Shown here piece after piece: positions 29,301 to 44,560 of a DNA stretch of 64,000 nt (position 1 is its first letter; each line of letters opens with the position of its first letter). Both the position numbers and the translations under genes were made by a program. Source of the stretch: Tubulanus polymorphus (taxonomy: Eukaryota; Animalia; Nemertea); NCBI RefSeq assembly GCF_964204645.1, contig NC_134030.1, positions 18,746,210-18,810,209 on the forward strand, given 5' to 3'. The notes under the pieces were generated by a model. It had not been told where the DNA came from, ran no database searches, and was given only the letters and a program-made list of their open reading frames with translations.

Positions 29301-32300
29301 ATTTAGTTCGTACCAGACATTACGCATATTACTTTACAATTCTCTTTTTAGCCTGAAACCAGCTTTTACACGTGGACTGACGGCAAACCGTTGAGTTACA
29401 CAGAGTGGTATAAACCAATAAATAACGACACGATACCGGACGTACTTCAAGGGTTGATATCTTATGAAAGAAAACAACCGACAAATGACGTGAATATGCC
29501 GTGTACAGCGATGATACTGAATAATCCACGAGGATCAGCGAACTGGGTTCGATTCCCGTGTCAAATAGAAGAGGTTCACGTGCGATTCTTTTGTGAATCG
29601 GAAAGAAATGATATCAATAAAAGTATGGCTGGGATAGAAAATGATTCAAAACATAATATGATATCCCAAATTAAACAAGGTATTTTGAATAACAATACGC
29701 TGAATACAATGTGTGCAATAGGTTGGTTAGGTATAGATGGACAGTGTTATCAGGTACTGACACGTTGGGAAAATAATGAAACTTTTGACGTGGTTAGTGC
29801 AAGAGAAATGTGCCGTGAGGTACGCGGGGAAATAGGTATAATACAGGACTTGACGCAAGCCAAGGAGATGATTTTCAGATTTCGTTATCCGCATCAATAT
29901 GGCGCTATATTAACTTTGGATTCTAGCAAGCAGTGGATGATAATGAAGCCATTTGTTACCAGAGATGAAATTACTTACGATCAGTCGGTTAATTGGGTAA
30001 TGATACCCTGGGAAAATGCAAAAGACAAAATCCATTCTGTTTTGTGTTCCTATAATGTAACTGATGAAGAGTTGGCTTCTTTAAGTGGTTGTAAATCTTG
30101 GCAGTTTAAATGTAACGATCAAAGATGTATCAGCGACCATCGCGTATGTGATACCAGACACGACTGTCGACACGGCGAAGATGAACTCAGTTGTACGGAT
30201 ATAAATTCATACAGTCAGTTTCAATGCTTTGATGGTGAGATTGTTTCAATAAGTGGTTACTGTGATTTCATACAGGATTGTGTGGATGGTTCTGATGAGA
30301 ATTCGTGTTTTCATCCCCCGTGTTTGTCCGAGGAATTTCGTTGCATCAGTGGTCAATGTGTCAGTGGGTCGAACAGATGTGACGGAGTAGCTAATTGTAA
30401 AGACAACTCCGATGAAATTGAATGCACCTCTCAACTATGTCAGGGGTTCCAATGTAACAGTGGGGACTGTATCAGTTCTCAGTTGTATCAGGATGGAGTC
30501 GTGGATTGTACTGGAACTCTTGAGGAAGATGAATTAGTTACGAATCCTTATATTACAGTGAATCCTACGATATATTGCAATATTGAACACCACTGTACGA
30601 CTAACTTCACAAATCTCTGTACAGAATCTAATGAACAAAGATGTTCTTTCGATTCTCCTCATTGCTATTCTAGGCGTCACAGGTGTATTCTAGAACGAAT
30701 GACAAATGGTTTCCCAGTTTGTAGAAACCTTGAGCACGTATTGAAATGTGAAGAATTTGTATGCCCAGTTGGTACAGTGAAATGTCCAGCATCGTACTGT
30801 ATACCTATCAGACAGGTGTGCGATGGTCGGTCAGATTGTCCTAATTCAGAAGACGAGCGAAACTGCGAGACTTTGTCATGTCCGGGAATGTTTAAATGTA
30901 GCCAGGAAAATCGATGTATTCCACAGACTGAAGTTTGTGATGGTGTTGTGAATTGTAAACATACAACTGATGACGAGGCTTTCTGTAACGTCACGTGTCC
31001 TAAAGGTTGTGAATGTCAAGGGCATTCGATCGAATGCAACAATTCTCGGCTAACAGATGTAAATGGAATTTTCCAAGCATCAACGCGAATTTTAATTTTG
31101 TCAAATAACCAAATTGTCTTGGACGTCTTTACATTTTCCCAATACGTTTATCTCCACATGCTCAACCTCACCGCCAATGAATTGTCTTACCTTTTACCAA
31201 ACTCGTTCAAGAACCTGCATAACTTACATACATTAGACCTCACGCACAATAACATAACATCATTATCCACAAATACGTTTACTGGTCTGTATAGTTTGAA
31301 AGAGTTATTCATAACTGAAAACCCACTACGTCGTTTAGAGGATGACACCTTCCAAGATTTAAAGTCACTTCAAGTTCTTGATCTTCATGGACTTTCCTTG
31401 TTCGTGCTTGACAAATTCGTATTTAGAGGTCTATCTTCTTTACGATCGTTGAATATCAGTGGTAACAGAATACGTCGTATTTCACTATACGCATTTTTGG
31501 ATTAACTACACTTGAGACCCTCGATATAACCGATAATTACAAAGTCATTTCTGTAGATAGACAAGTTTTTGACAATGTAACGACATTAGCATTCCTAACG
31601 TCTGATGCTTATAAATTTTGCTGCATGGCTCCGAATGTTGACCAGTGCCTTCCCGAAGCTGATCAATTTTCCTCCTGTTCAGATCTTATTGGGAATACAG
31701 CTCTCAGAGCTATCATCTGGGTCATCGCTTCATGTAGTTTCTTTGCTAACGGATTTGTCATTTCCCTTCGCATTCGAGCGATTCGATTCTCCTCCTCAAA
31801 TCCATCCTCAGACATCATCATTATAAACGTTGCTTTATGTGATTTTATGATGTCTATATATTTGTTTCTGATCGCTGGAGCCGATTACATATATAAGGGA
31901 ATCTACTTTCTCCATTCAGAATCGTGGACGGACAGTGCGCTGTGTCGTCTTGCCGGGGTCGTGGTATCTATTTCGTGTGAAGGCTCATTGACATTCTTGC
32001 TCATAATGACGCGTCATAGATATTCAAATATCGTTAATCCTTTTTCTGTGAGCCTGATTACATCTCCGAGATACGTGTCCATTATTTGCTGTATATGTTG
32101 GGTTGTCTTGGGCATTATTGCATTACTACCTCTTACACCCGTCCCTTACTTCGGAAGCAATTTCTACGGCGCTACAGGGGTTTGTTTACCTATGAATTTG
32201 ATTTCCATTGATGTCGATGCCTGGCATTATTCGTTCATTATTTTTTCTCTGTCTACGTCAGTCATACTTGCTACGATAATGGTGACTTACGCGCAAATGT

Positions 32301-32599
32301 ACAGGCTTGTATCTGGAAGCAGGTCTGGTTCAGGAAGAGCTGATCCTACCGAACTGATCTTGGCCCGCAGAAGTTTGGTGATAAATCTTTGTAATGTAAT
32401 TTGCTGGTTACCGTTAATTATCGTTCAGTTTTGCGCGGTATTTCGGGTGGAAATACCGAATCAGGTAGCGGCTTGGCTTGGGGTTCTTTTCTTACCAATC
32501 AACTCGTCCCTTAATCCCTTTTTATATACAATACTGACTATTGATATAAAGTCCATACGAGCAAAAGCTATGCGCCAAATGAATTGGGTGAACAATTGA
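26369..32599 (+). pseudogene. C1: GRL101-like GPCR pseudogene; exons 26369-27571, 27838-29158, 29352-32599
   Basis: Same splice sites as B. +1 frameshift ~28290, TAG at 28406-28408, -1 T-run frameshift ~31497. Confidence 0.87.
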
Positions 32600-32707
32600 A
32601 ACATCTAGATTCCTTTTGCATAAGAATGCTGCATTTTTCTTTACATTCAACATTGTAGTAGTCATACGCATGATTATATATAGTGTTAGTAATGACTAAA
32701 AAGAACG

Positions 32708-32804
<97 letters not shown>

Positions 32805-35800
32805 TAGTCACGGATGAGATATATAGATTAAAGGGTCACAGGCCCCGGATCGGTGGTATACTCCTGAAGCTTGTAGATAGATAACTACCAATTAACCATT
32901 TTACATTCGCTAGCCGCCATTTTGTTAGGGTACTTTTGTCCGGTAATGTTGGGTAATGTTTCTCTATTTTTTTAAATCCAATTGTGATGCGTGTTTTATC
33001 ATATTTCATCGGTTTGTAGATGGATTTTGACAGTGTTAGTAGGGCCTGGCTAGTATTTCAGCTATGTAAAATTCATTTGCAACATGAGATTGATATAGAA
33101 ATCCGTGGCCAGTTTTTTGCTGCGCGCATAGAAATTCAGGGTACTCAACTTTAAAGCTAGTTTTTTTTTAAAATAAATTTCCTTAAATTCTAGGAACTGT
33201 GCGCATTAACACAATTCAAGTGGAATTCATAGATATCTTGCCCAGTTTTTGTTGTTCTATGATTATTTAACTGCAGCGCGTCTATTGACATTCCGAGTTT
33301 CTGCGCTGTTTTAGCTGTGTGTATTTTAGAATAAGGTGTTACTTTTTCTCATTTTCTGCTGTACCCGCAGATCGCAGCCAGCAAAATGACCCTTTGTAAT
33401 AACGGATATCCCAAGGTCACTTCGACTAAGTCTCCAATTTTATGTGTTGATCAAGCTAGTTTAGGCCTACCAGGGGTGCAATCATGTCGTCCACCAATCC
33501 GTCTACGAGAGAGGAGCGTATCGATCTGATTGTCAGCGTTAAATAAAAACGAACAGAGACTCGACTAATTAGATGTTAAATGGTGTTTTTATTGGATGTC
33601 ATCTCGATGATAATAGCAGAGAAACTGACAATTGCTTTCAAGCAATTTAACACTCAATACTCGTCCCACGGACATTTTTCATGACAGGTACTTAGACAGA
33701 TTGCTTGGCAGGCATCCTTTTGTGCGGCGGGTGTTCGACATTTTACCCAGCAATTGTCGAGACAGATTTCACAATTATCAGGCTGCACTAAAATAGCGCC
33801 ACTAGCGACCATTACGACCAGAACTAAAACTACCAGAAACTGAAAAAGAGTATATTGTTACCAGAGCTGTACTTCCGCGGCTTATCAATGATGATCCCAC
33901 AGTGGCTGCTCGCTCGAGAGTTCCACGCGTGCCAAGGGCTGATCCACAAGGTAAAACATTTTGCAGTAGGACATAAACTACTTTGGCAATAGAGGATTCT
34001 TCTTATGGCAAATAGGGTCCAGCAGGTGTCACTAGTGTGCAACTACTGTGGCGATAGTTCAAGATCCCACAGTGAAAAAGAAATCGATGAAAATAAAACA
34101 ACAAAAGTATATAGCTGCAAAGCGACGATAACGGGCTTTCTGCCAAAATAAATGTTTTAGTCGGGGATTTGAGCCAAATATGATGACTATCGCGATGTAA
34201 GCCTTAAAATCACCTTCGATATCACAGGATTAGAACGTTCACTATACGCGACACAATTGTATTTGTAGCGAATTCAAGTCATAGACGGCGGTGTCTTATT
34301 TTAAAATGTGGAAGCAAAATCTGAACCCGATAAGATGAATGGCACTGTTTGACAAAAAATATAACGAACAAATATTTGGTATCCGAAAATCTAATTAATT
34401 GCTGAATCTCGGAACCAAACTTTATCAATTCGGGCTTACAAATTTCTAGAAATATCAAATGAGTAGGTAATGCGGTTTATGTGTTATAAGTATTATCAAT
34501 TGTTCTTGTAATTGCCAAAGAGATCGGTGGCCCAAATAAATCTATAATTAGCATCAGTACACATGATAAAATACGTAAAAGACATAATAATCAAAATATC
34601 AAAACAGGACGTGTTTAGTGCTTCATAAAAATGACGATAATTTACAAATTGACTTACTAATTCACAGAAATGGTTTGAAAGAAAAGTTTGCAAATCAACC
34701 TCCGGTCAGTTTTTTTTTGTAAGGTAACAACGCCAATATACTTTTAACGAAAATAGTGTGGAAAAAGGTAAGTAGACTGACGATGGAGAATGTGAATAGA
34801 GTTTTCTGCGAAAGTCCATAAAATCCTAGTTACCTTTGATGACAACATGTTATGCCGATATTGTAGATCTCAGATCCCTCGCGTTCGAGGAGTCAATGCG
34901 ATGTGTTTTACTGCATGTGCGTTACGCAAAGACACGGGTGGAAAATAGCCGTTTAAATAATGGAGATTCGTTATTTGCTAAAACTGTTGAAATTGTGAAG
35001 ATGATTCCCGACCACTCAGACGCACTCGGTATCGTCAATGTCAAATAATATATATCGTATTACATTGAAATCAGCAGCTGTGAAACGTACGTCCCTGAGC
35101 AGAAACTTTCCCGTTGTTCTTGAGATGCTTATTCTGACGATTCAGCATAGTCTTCATCCATCCGTCCTCTGAAATGACACCATTCTTGAATCGTTGAATT
35201 CACCAATAACGAGATGGTCATCATTAGCTTCTAATTATAATTTTACTGAATCGTTGATAGTCATCGAGAATGAAAGGGTTGTCATTTGGTAAATAATCAT
35301 TATTTCGGTGAATCTTAAGAATCATGTAGAGTGAGAAGGGCACAAATAACTGGTTACAATTTAACTGGAATTTACTTATTTCTATATAGTACGTATGTGA
35401 AACATCTGCTACTCAATTATCATGAATTCTGCGTCGATGTATAGAACATGTTACTTGATATAAATATTCGATTTTAAAAAAGCAGCTGGTCATGTAAGTA
35501 CAGCAATTATGATTGCAATTGATTCAGATGTACTTCGCATTATTCCAATACCGTCGAGTTCACTTAAATTACTCTAATCAATATTCTGTTGGATGATTAT
35601 TATTCGAACCGATTACTATGTTATTGAAACCCTTATCCCAACACGCACCGAATTAAATGAATTACGCATAGACTTTCGGTAGATTTTAGTACTACCAAAC
35701 TTCGATGATTGATGTATTGACCTCCTTATCCTGTCCTATCCTGGTCGCGACAATGGTGTACACATTGTACAGCTATGCAGGCGGGTTTGTATCTTTATAA

Positions 35801-36561
35801 AAACAGACTGATGTTTTTTTTCCGATGCGGACAGTCGCAAAGACGGACGGATCAACGGACTGACCAACAGACGCGGGCAAAAGTTAAGGTACCAAGTTCC
35901 CCGCTAAGTCCCCGGGACAAAGATATTGTTGCGGTAAACTTGCAGAGTATTGTTATAATTCTACGTTTATTCTACGTCTGCGAATCTTTGCATAATGAAT
36001 TGAATTTCAGTCGATTACGTCGCATCGAGTGGACATTCTATACTTCCAACCCCTGAAAAACGGTTGAAGAAATCCTCTGAATTATCGAGAAATTACAAAC
36101 AAAAGTAGGTGTATACCTGTTTTGTAACACTCTGCATATACGCGTAATGCATCAGCAAAAAATTGATATTCAGGAGCGACTTGAACGAAACGAAAATAAT
36201 TTTGAGTATTTTAAAGTATGATTGGGCATATCGAAATAACCACGCGTGGAAACATGAAATTGGGAATTGCTGCTCAGAGACATATGGTACCGTAATTACT
36301 AATATATTGATGTGTATGTCGGAGAGCGAATACTAATGACAGAACGGGGGAAAAATATCACACGCGAGTTCGAAAAAAATCAGCGGTTGAAAATAATAGC
36401 TGGATTTCAAAATTGCTGAGTGAAGCAAATAAATAATTTCACTAGAAAGAAATATACAATTGTTCATCATTTATGAGTGGAACCTGAAGATATGTGGGTA
36501 ACCAAGCAGAATTTGAATAGTGAAGGAATTCCTTCATTCTGACGTGACGAAGTTACTCTGT
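32600..36561. repeat. Spacer S, copy 3 (includes (TA)n ~32710-32792); start of the second higher-order unit
   Basis: Near-identical to 92-4228. Confidence 0.92.
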
Positions 36562-39500
36562 ATGGATCGACTGAGAGCGCTGTTTATAGCATCGCTGGTC
36601 GTCTGGCGAGTTAACATCGCACACGCTGATCTGTCTGACTCCGTGACGATCAGTTCGTCTTGTAACAACACTTGGTACCCCGTCGATTCTACGTCCGGTT
36701 ACATCGTTTCACCGAATTACCCGTCGTTAACGCGCGGTGTTGAATGTCGTTGGTTCGTCAACAGCTCTTTACCGGGAACTTTCAACATCAAACTATACTA
36801 CGACATCGAGCCGTCGATATTCTGTAGTGATAACTACCTTCTCGTCGGTGAGTCCGATAACAGATTCTGCGGTGAAGGAAAACATGAAATCCGCCGTAAC
36901 GATTCGATGTCGTTGATGTTTAGGAGTAACGTCGATGGTGCGCGGGGTAGTCGGGTTTATATCACGTATCGTTATGAAAGAAGCCGATTGAGAATCAGTC
37001 ATCGCTGCAGTGAATCTAATTTTCAAATGGATGAAATGAAAATGTCGACAGGATACAAATTCACGATGTTGATGCGTGATGGTTGTCAGATCTTCCTGGA
37101 ATGGGACGCCCTCTCGGGTGGTTCAGCGTTGAATTTGACATTCGCAGATTTTGACCTAAGACTCCCACCTTCTGTCGATCCAGCGTCAAGTTTTCGAATC
37201 AATGACGGCTGGAACACCAGCAGTGAACCGATAGCGCTTATGGGTGAACAACGCGGACAGCAGCCGTCATCGTTTTATACTAAAGCAAACAGTGCCGTTT
37301 TCAGTTTGCTACATGGGCATGAGGTTACCACAACACTATCAGTTCAGATCTATAGAATATCTGATTGGAACGTCTCTAATCCGTCAATTCAAATGTCTTA
37401 TAACGAGTCCGGAGTCCTTATTCCAGATGACAACAGTTTACACGTAATAACTCGATCAAAACACTAACACTGCTGGTCTATCACAGTGCAGGTGTTACAG
37501 TACGTCGTCTTCAACTGGACACGTGATCTCAGCACATCCGGTGACGTCATTGGTGTATATAAACTAGAAGGCTTACGCGTTGTAGGAACTGATATTTTAC
37601 TCGGTTACAACTACCTGGAATCACTGAGTGTTAAATCTGACGGCTTTCTCGTCATACTGTGCGTTCTAATAAGACCAGGTGTTTTACAGTCGAATATAAA
37701 AATTGAATTTGAAGTTAAATCTATCTCTATAGGAGACGTACAAGTCTACAAACCCAAGGTGAGTAAAGATGTCCACTCGGCTATAGCTAAATTTAATGTA
37801 ACTTATTTTGTGAACCAAAGAATATACATCGTCAAACACCTTTTTTTTCTAATTGCGATAAAGAATATTTAATTTCAAAACACGGTGCCCTCGCGGTGCA
37901 ACTGATCGAAAAAGTATCTGAAAACTTTAATCAGCCGTTCATTAGTCATTCATTTATCCTTCCCTTCCGAACGCAGAGCCGTCGGAAGGAATTTTTCAGT
38001 GGCGAGGCTTATTTCTGAAGGGAGTCTGGGGCCCTCCCCTAGAAAAATTTTGAAAATTCAATCACCGGAGATGCGTTTTGGGGCCATTTCACGGTCTCAT
38101 TCACAGAAGCATTTGAAGTCGTGAGCCAACAACCTAGTACAGAGAACGACGAGCTGCTACGCGGTACAGCATGCTTGCTTTCGAAAAAAATTTTGTTAAG
38201 CAAAAAATTGGGGCGGTTTGGGCCGCCCCTGTTCCGACGGCTCTGGAACAGATGAAATACCGTATGAAATATGGTATGAAATGACGTATGAATATGAAAT
38301 AACGTCCAGTGAAATGAGCGTTTGTCAGAGATGACGCCTGCTGACATAAACAATAAAGTTCTGAAATTACCCATTTAGAAATCACATTTCTCTGTAATGG
38401 CTAAAACAAAATTCGAACCAGTAGCATATTTGATATTTGTTTTAATATATCACATTTGACAATATACATTTTACGTAATATTTCGATGTTTCTTCTATTT
38501 ACAGTGGCACCGCTGAAAGATATTTATGAATTCCTAATAGAAACTAAACTCATTGATATTGTAGGTAAAGCGTGATCGGTTTATATCATCAAACCCCTTT
38601 CCTTTTTCTAAGATGAAGTTTACGTATGGTGTATTCAAGTATGAATTCAAATGGAAAGTTGAAATCTACGACATCGATCTGGAATTAGCGGTGCTGTCTG
38701 TGAATTGCGAAAATGCTGGATTTTATATATATGATGGTGGTAATTTCACAGCTAGACGCTACGGTCCGTATTGCCCCAGCCCATCGGGGTATAGACGAAG
38801 TGTCGTCAGTCTGATTACATCAGGCGGCCCGGTGATCATGGTGGGCTATTCCATTAACAGTCAAATCCGGCACAAGGGCGGTGTGGTATTACGTCCGTCT
38901 GACTGTGACGGCTACGCGCTACGGGGAGGAGAATACAACGTTACAGTACCGCTGACGTCACGCTGTTTCACGGTTTCACCCGAAAATCGGGACGTTCCAT
39001 TACATCATAGTATCGACATATTATCACCGCACGAATATGAAATGAACTCGTGTTTGCCTGATTTTATCTCGACATCTACGCCGTGTAGTCGTTATTTGTC
39101 TATCGATAGGCAGCGCCTCGAAAACAGTCTCGTACTGCACACTGTTACAGTAAATGATACGCGCTTGTTCAGAAGACGCCCGTACATCATTGAATTGAGG
39201 CGCGTATGTCAAACGACGGATAGACGTAACAGACGGTTCGGCGATGCGGAATCGAATAAAGGCGACTGCGGAATCTTTCAGTCGCCGAACTACCCGGCTT
39301 CGGTCGGATATTCGAGTACTACGATCAGATACAATCTCAAGTTCAAATGGAATACAGCCCCGATAGAGTTTTACCGATTCGTTATAAAATATATGGAAAT
39401 AACACCGTGCATGAAAAGTTCCAAAGGGGTTCGATACTCCATCTTTTACGTCGAGTTAATGAAATACAAAGACAGCGAGACGAAACACGAAGATAAACTA

Positions 39501-42500
39501 TGCGGGATATACGCCCGAGCAGGATTACAGTTTTATAGTATAAGTACAGGTCCCCTCTGGTTCGAACTGAAAAACGATATTCCGAAATTCCGTATTCAAT
39601 ACATTTTAGAGAAACAATTTTTGATGAAACCGCGCGATATTGTCTGCAAATCAGGACTCATAGATTCAGGAGTTTCCTGCGTCAAATATATCAGAGACAA
39701 ACGTCTGAATTGGGAGAACGCTGAATTGTACTGTCAACAGAAATACGGAGGACATCTTCTCAGTATCAACTCGGAACATGAAATGATTGCTATTAAAAGA
39801 TTATTTGCTAGTAAACTTCTTCGAGATGGCTATACACAGAAATCACTTGTAGTGATGATCGGCTTAAAACTGCAGGTAAACTATACACGAATTTTCAAAC
39901 GTCTTCTGTCAACAGAGATGTTTTAAATTTTCAGCATTTATTTCTAGCCTAAACTTGGTTATTACACAAGGACTGATGGGAAACCCTTGAGCTACACAGA
40001 GTGGTTTAAACCAACGGGAAACGAAACGATACCAGCAGTTATTCGAGGATTGATATCTTCTCAACGAAAACAACCGATAAATGACGTCAATACGCCGTGT
40101 ACGGCGATGATACTGAATAACCCACGAGGATCGGCGAACTGGATTCGATTCCCGTGTCAAATCGAAGACGACCACACGAGTTTCATGTGTGAATTTGACG
40201 GAGTTGATGTTGGAGAAAAACGGGGAAATGCAACTGTCAACAGTAGTGAATATGGACCAATTGAAATGATGTTTTCATTTAATTATATTCCGAGAAACAA
40301 TTCACCGTGTAGACGAGGTTGGCTTGGTTTAGCCGGACAGTGTTATCAGATACTGACTGACTGGACAAACAAACAGGGTTTGGATATCAGAGGACCGAGA
40401 GAAATGTGTCGTGAAATCTACGGAGAAATAACTCATCACGAATCTGACATCATTAAAAACATAATTGAAACATTGCACTATCGGCACCAGTATGACGCTA
40501 TACTGACCTCTGGTGACAGAATTATAAAACCAATAATCACTAGAGATGACATAACTCATACGCAGATAGTTAAATGGATGATAAAACAGTTCGATAATGT
40601 CACAGATGTAGCGCATTCAGTGCTATGTTCCTATAATGTAGCTGGTGATGAGTTGGCTTCTACAAGCGGTTGTAAATCGTGGCAGTTTAAATGTAACGAT
40701 CAAAGGTGTATCAGCGACCATCGCGTATGTGATACTAGAAACGACTGTGAACACGGTGAAGATGAACTCGATTGTTCGGGTTCAAACTTACACAGTCAGT
40801 TCCACTGCGCAGATGGACGAGTTGTATCAATAAGTGGTTTGTGTAATTTCATAAATTATTGTGTTGATGGTTCTGATGAGAACTCGTGTCGTCATCCTCC
40901 GTGTTTGTCCGAGCAATTTCGCTGCAAGAGTGGTCAATGTGTCAGTAAGTATAAAAGATGTGACGGAGTAACTGATTGTAAAGACGGCCCCGATGAAATT
41001 GAATGCACCTCTCAACTGCGCCAGGGGTTTTTGTGCAACAGTGGAGACTGTATCAGTTATCAGTTGTATCAGGATGGTGTCGTGGATTGCAGTGGAAGTC
41101 TTGAAGAAGATGAATTAGTAACAAATGCTAATGTTACGTTGAATCCTACAGTTAACTGTAATGATGGAAACCTATGTACGACTAACTTCACAGATCTCTG
41201 TACGGATTCCGATGAACAAAGATGTTCTTTCGATTCTCCTCATTGCTATTCTAGACGTCACAGGTGTATTTTGGAGAGAATGACAAATGGTTACCCAGTT
41301 TGTAGAAATCTTCAGCATATATTGAGATGTGAAACATTTGATTGTCCAGCTGGTACTGTAAAATGTTCAGCATCTTACTGTATACCGATGGGACAGGTGT
41401 GCGATGGTCGATCCGATTGTCCTAATTCAGAAGACGAGGGAAACTGCGAGACTATGTCATGTCCCGGCATGTTCAAATGTGGCCAGGAAAACCGATGCAT
41501 TCCTCAATCTGAAGTTTGTGATGGTGTTGTGAATTGTAACCATACTACTGATGACGAGGCTTTCTGTAACGTAAAGTGTCCTGGGGGTTGTAAATGTCAA
41601 GGCCTTTTGATCGACTGCGGAAATGCCGGTTAAACAAATATTACCGATCTTTTCTCGGCATCAACTCGAGTTCTGATTCTGTCGAATAACACAATTTTCC
41701 TGGAGATATCGACATTTGTTTCATATGATTATCTTCGTTTGCTCAACATCTCCTTAAATAAATTGTTTTATATTTTACCAAATGCATTCTCAAAGCTGCA
41801 TAATCTATACACATTAGACCTGACATATAACAACGTAACATCATTATACACAAATACATTCACCGGGCTGTATAGTTTGAAAGAGTTATTCATAACTAAA
41901 AATCCACTACGTCATTTAGCGGACGATACGTTCCAAGAGTTGAGATCACTTAGATCTCTCGATCTTCACGGACTTTTCTTGGTTTTACTTGGAGGAAATG
42001 TGTTTAGAGGTTTATCTACATTACAGTCTTTGAATATCAGCAGTAACAGCATTCATCATATTTCACGATATGCCTTTGTCGGTTTATCTTCACTTGAAAT
42101 TCTAGATATCAGCAACAACTACAAAGTTATTTCTGTCGACAGAACGGTTTTCAATAATCTGACATCATTGCGCTCCTTACGGTCTGACGCCTACAAGTTT
42201 TGCTGCATGGTTCCGAGTGTTGACCGGTGCATTCCCGAAGCAGATCAATTTTCATCCTGCTCTGATCTGATGGGTAACACGGCCCTCAGAGCCATCATCT
42301 GGGTCATCTCTACGTTCAGTTTCTTTCTGAACAGTATCGTCATTTTATTCCGTGTTCGATCATTTCGACTTTCATCCAGCGAAAAGCGTAACATATCTTC
42401 TGACATCATTATCATCAGTATCGCAGCTTGTGATTTTCTGATGTCGATTTATTTGTTTCTGATTGCGGGAGCTGACTACGTGTATAAAGGAGTTTATTTC

Positions 42501-43178
42501 CTATATTCTGAAACTTGGACGGACAGTTCATTGTGTAGTTTCGCTGGTGTTATGGTTACTATTTCTTGTGAAGGCTCATTGACGTTTCTATTCATTCTAA
42601 CGCGTCACAGATATTCAAATATCGTTGATCCATTTTCTGGAAGCTCGATTACATCTCCGAGATATGTGTCCATTATTTCTTGCCTATGTTGGCTCATCGT
42701 AGGTGTAATTTCTTTAATACCACTGTCACAATCGACTTATTTCGGCAATAAATTTTACGGATCTACTGGAGTTTGCTTACCTATGAATTTAATTTCAATT
42801 GATAGCAATGCCTGGCAATATTCATTCGCTATTTTTGCCGTGTTTAACTCGGTCGTACTTGCTTCAATAATGATGACGTATGCACAGATGTACAGACTCG
42901 TATCCGGAAGCAGGTCCGGCTCGGGTAGAGCTGATCCTACCGAATTGATTCTGGCACGTAGAAGTTTAGTGATAAATCTGTGTAATTTATTTTGCTGGTT
43001 ACCGATAATCGTCGTTCAGTTTTGCGCTGTATTCCGAGTAGAAATACCGAACCAAGTGGCGGCTTGGTTGGCGGTACTTTTCCTACCGATCAACTCGTCA
43101 CTGAATCCACTTCTTTACACCATCCTCACTATCGATATAGAATCAATACGAGCAAAAATCAAACGCCGAAACTATTAG
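36562..43178 (+). pseudogene. A2: GRL101-like GPCR pseudogene; exons 36562-37758, 38565-39875, 39948-43178
   Basis: Frame is maintained across both introns, but there are in-frame TAA stops at 37465-37467 and 41631-41633 (TTA in A1). Confidence 0.9.
37974..38245. mobile_element. 272-bp MITE in intron 1 of A2
   Basis: Same TIRs and insertion site as 5632-5903. Confidence 0.75.
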
Positions 43179-44408
43179 AAGAAACGGCAATTAAATGAAA
43201 TCCTAACTCTCGTGTGCATTGATTGGCCTGCATGTAAGTTATAATGTATTTGAAGTCTTTTTAAACCGCGTGTATTGGCTTAGTTCTTATGGTATTTTTC
43301 TTTCATCTTCAATGATCTGGTCCCCCTTAGAGGTCGTCCATTAATTCTCTCTTTGTTTGAAACATTACAATTATGTAATAATTACATTAAATAACATATT
43401 GAATTGAAACGGGCGACATGCGCACCGACAAAAAGATGGCAGAAAACTAATTTTTTAGAAAATAAATCCTATCCTGTCCAAATACACTCCTATGATCTGA
43501 ACTTAACCGCTGCAGTTTCGAAATTTTTTAACAATCAATATTCTATTTCGAATATTTGAGATACAAAGGAAAAGAAACATAGACCTACGTATTCACTTGA
43601 AGAAATAAATTTACCGTCAATTATAAATAGGTGAATTTTAAACTGTATTTTGAAATTTATCTACCAGTAAAAGCCTTCTATAAGGACATATATCCATATC
43701 TACGTTACACAGTCGAAGTCTAAAGTGTATCATTCCACAGTAACTGTTAGGATTTTACCAATTTCATCGTAGCAAAGTAAGAAGCCGGAGTGTATTGCAT
43801 TCAACTAACTCATAATCAGTACTTAACGCTACCTCGGGATACAATTTACCAATCCCAGCATAAAAATCTTGAAAATTAAGCTACACAAAGAAATACCCTA
43901 GTTTTTCGTCAGAATTGTTTCTGGTGAGCGATTTTTCTATTTCTTTTAAGAAAAATGCAATCAAAAGCTCAACCAGATTCTTAGAAGAGACGCGGGAGGG
44001 ATTATTTCTTTTACCAATGCCAAACAAAGACTCAGAAAAAATTACAGAAACAGTATTGATTTCTTTCTCCGAAGATTATCCACAGAGAGGACGTGTTTAA
44101 TCTAGTGTAGAATAAGTAAACCGTGGTCAGAAGAGTGAACCATGATAATAGATAACAGGCCAGGTAAATACCATAGATTAGATTGAGAAAAAAGTTATGG
44201 GTTTAGATTGCGACATACAGTTAACCGCTTCTATACCACTCTCTTATACCACCATTTACACCAAACGCCAGGTTTTCTCTATGTACGGAATATTTAACTT
44301 GACATCTGAAAAAAAAACAACCCAGATATAATGCTCTCGTTTCCCGCCAACACGTTTCCACAGTACAGTCAAATACAATTTTAAATGCAAGGTAAAACAG
44401 CCCCGATA

Positions 44409-44560
44409 TGTGGCAGGGTTTATAACAGCGTTCCTACCAGCTCAGCTAGTGGGAATATTCTCTTTGTAACAGCGGCAGTGTCTGCCTTGGACGCCAGGCT
44501 TCGAGAGTTCGAACCTCGGGAAGGATAGATATTTCTACCTGTTACATTCGGCGCCTGTCC
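44409..44560 (+). mobile_element. Short LTR-like sequence containing a tRNA-like pol III promoter, followed by a PBS-like motif
   Basis: TGTGGCAGG...CCTGTTACA ends (44409-44546), A-box-like CAGCTCAGCTAG, B-box GAGTTCGAACC, then TTCGGCGCC. Confidence 0.5.

Noticed and set aside
44430-44526. Functional tRNA gene
   Set aside because: Spacing between the A and B boxes and the stems do not form a canonical cloverleaf; embedded in LTR-like ends.
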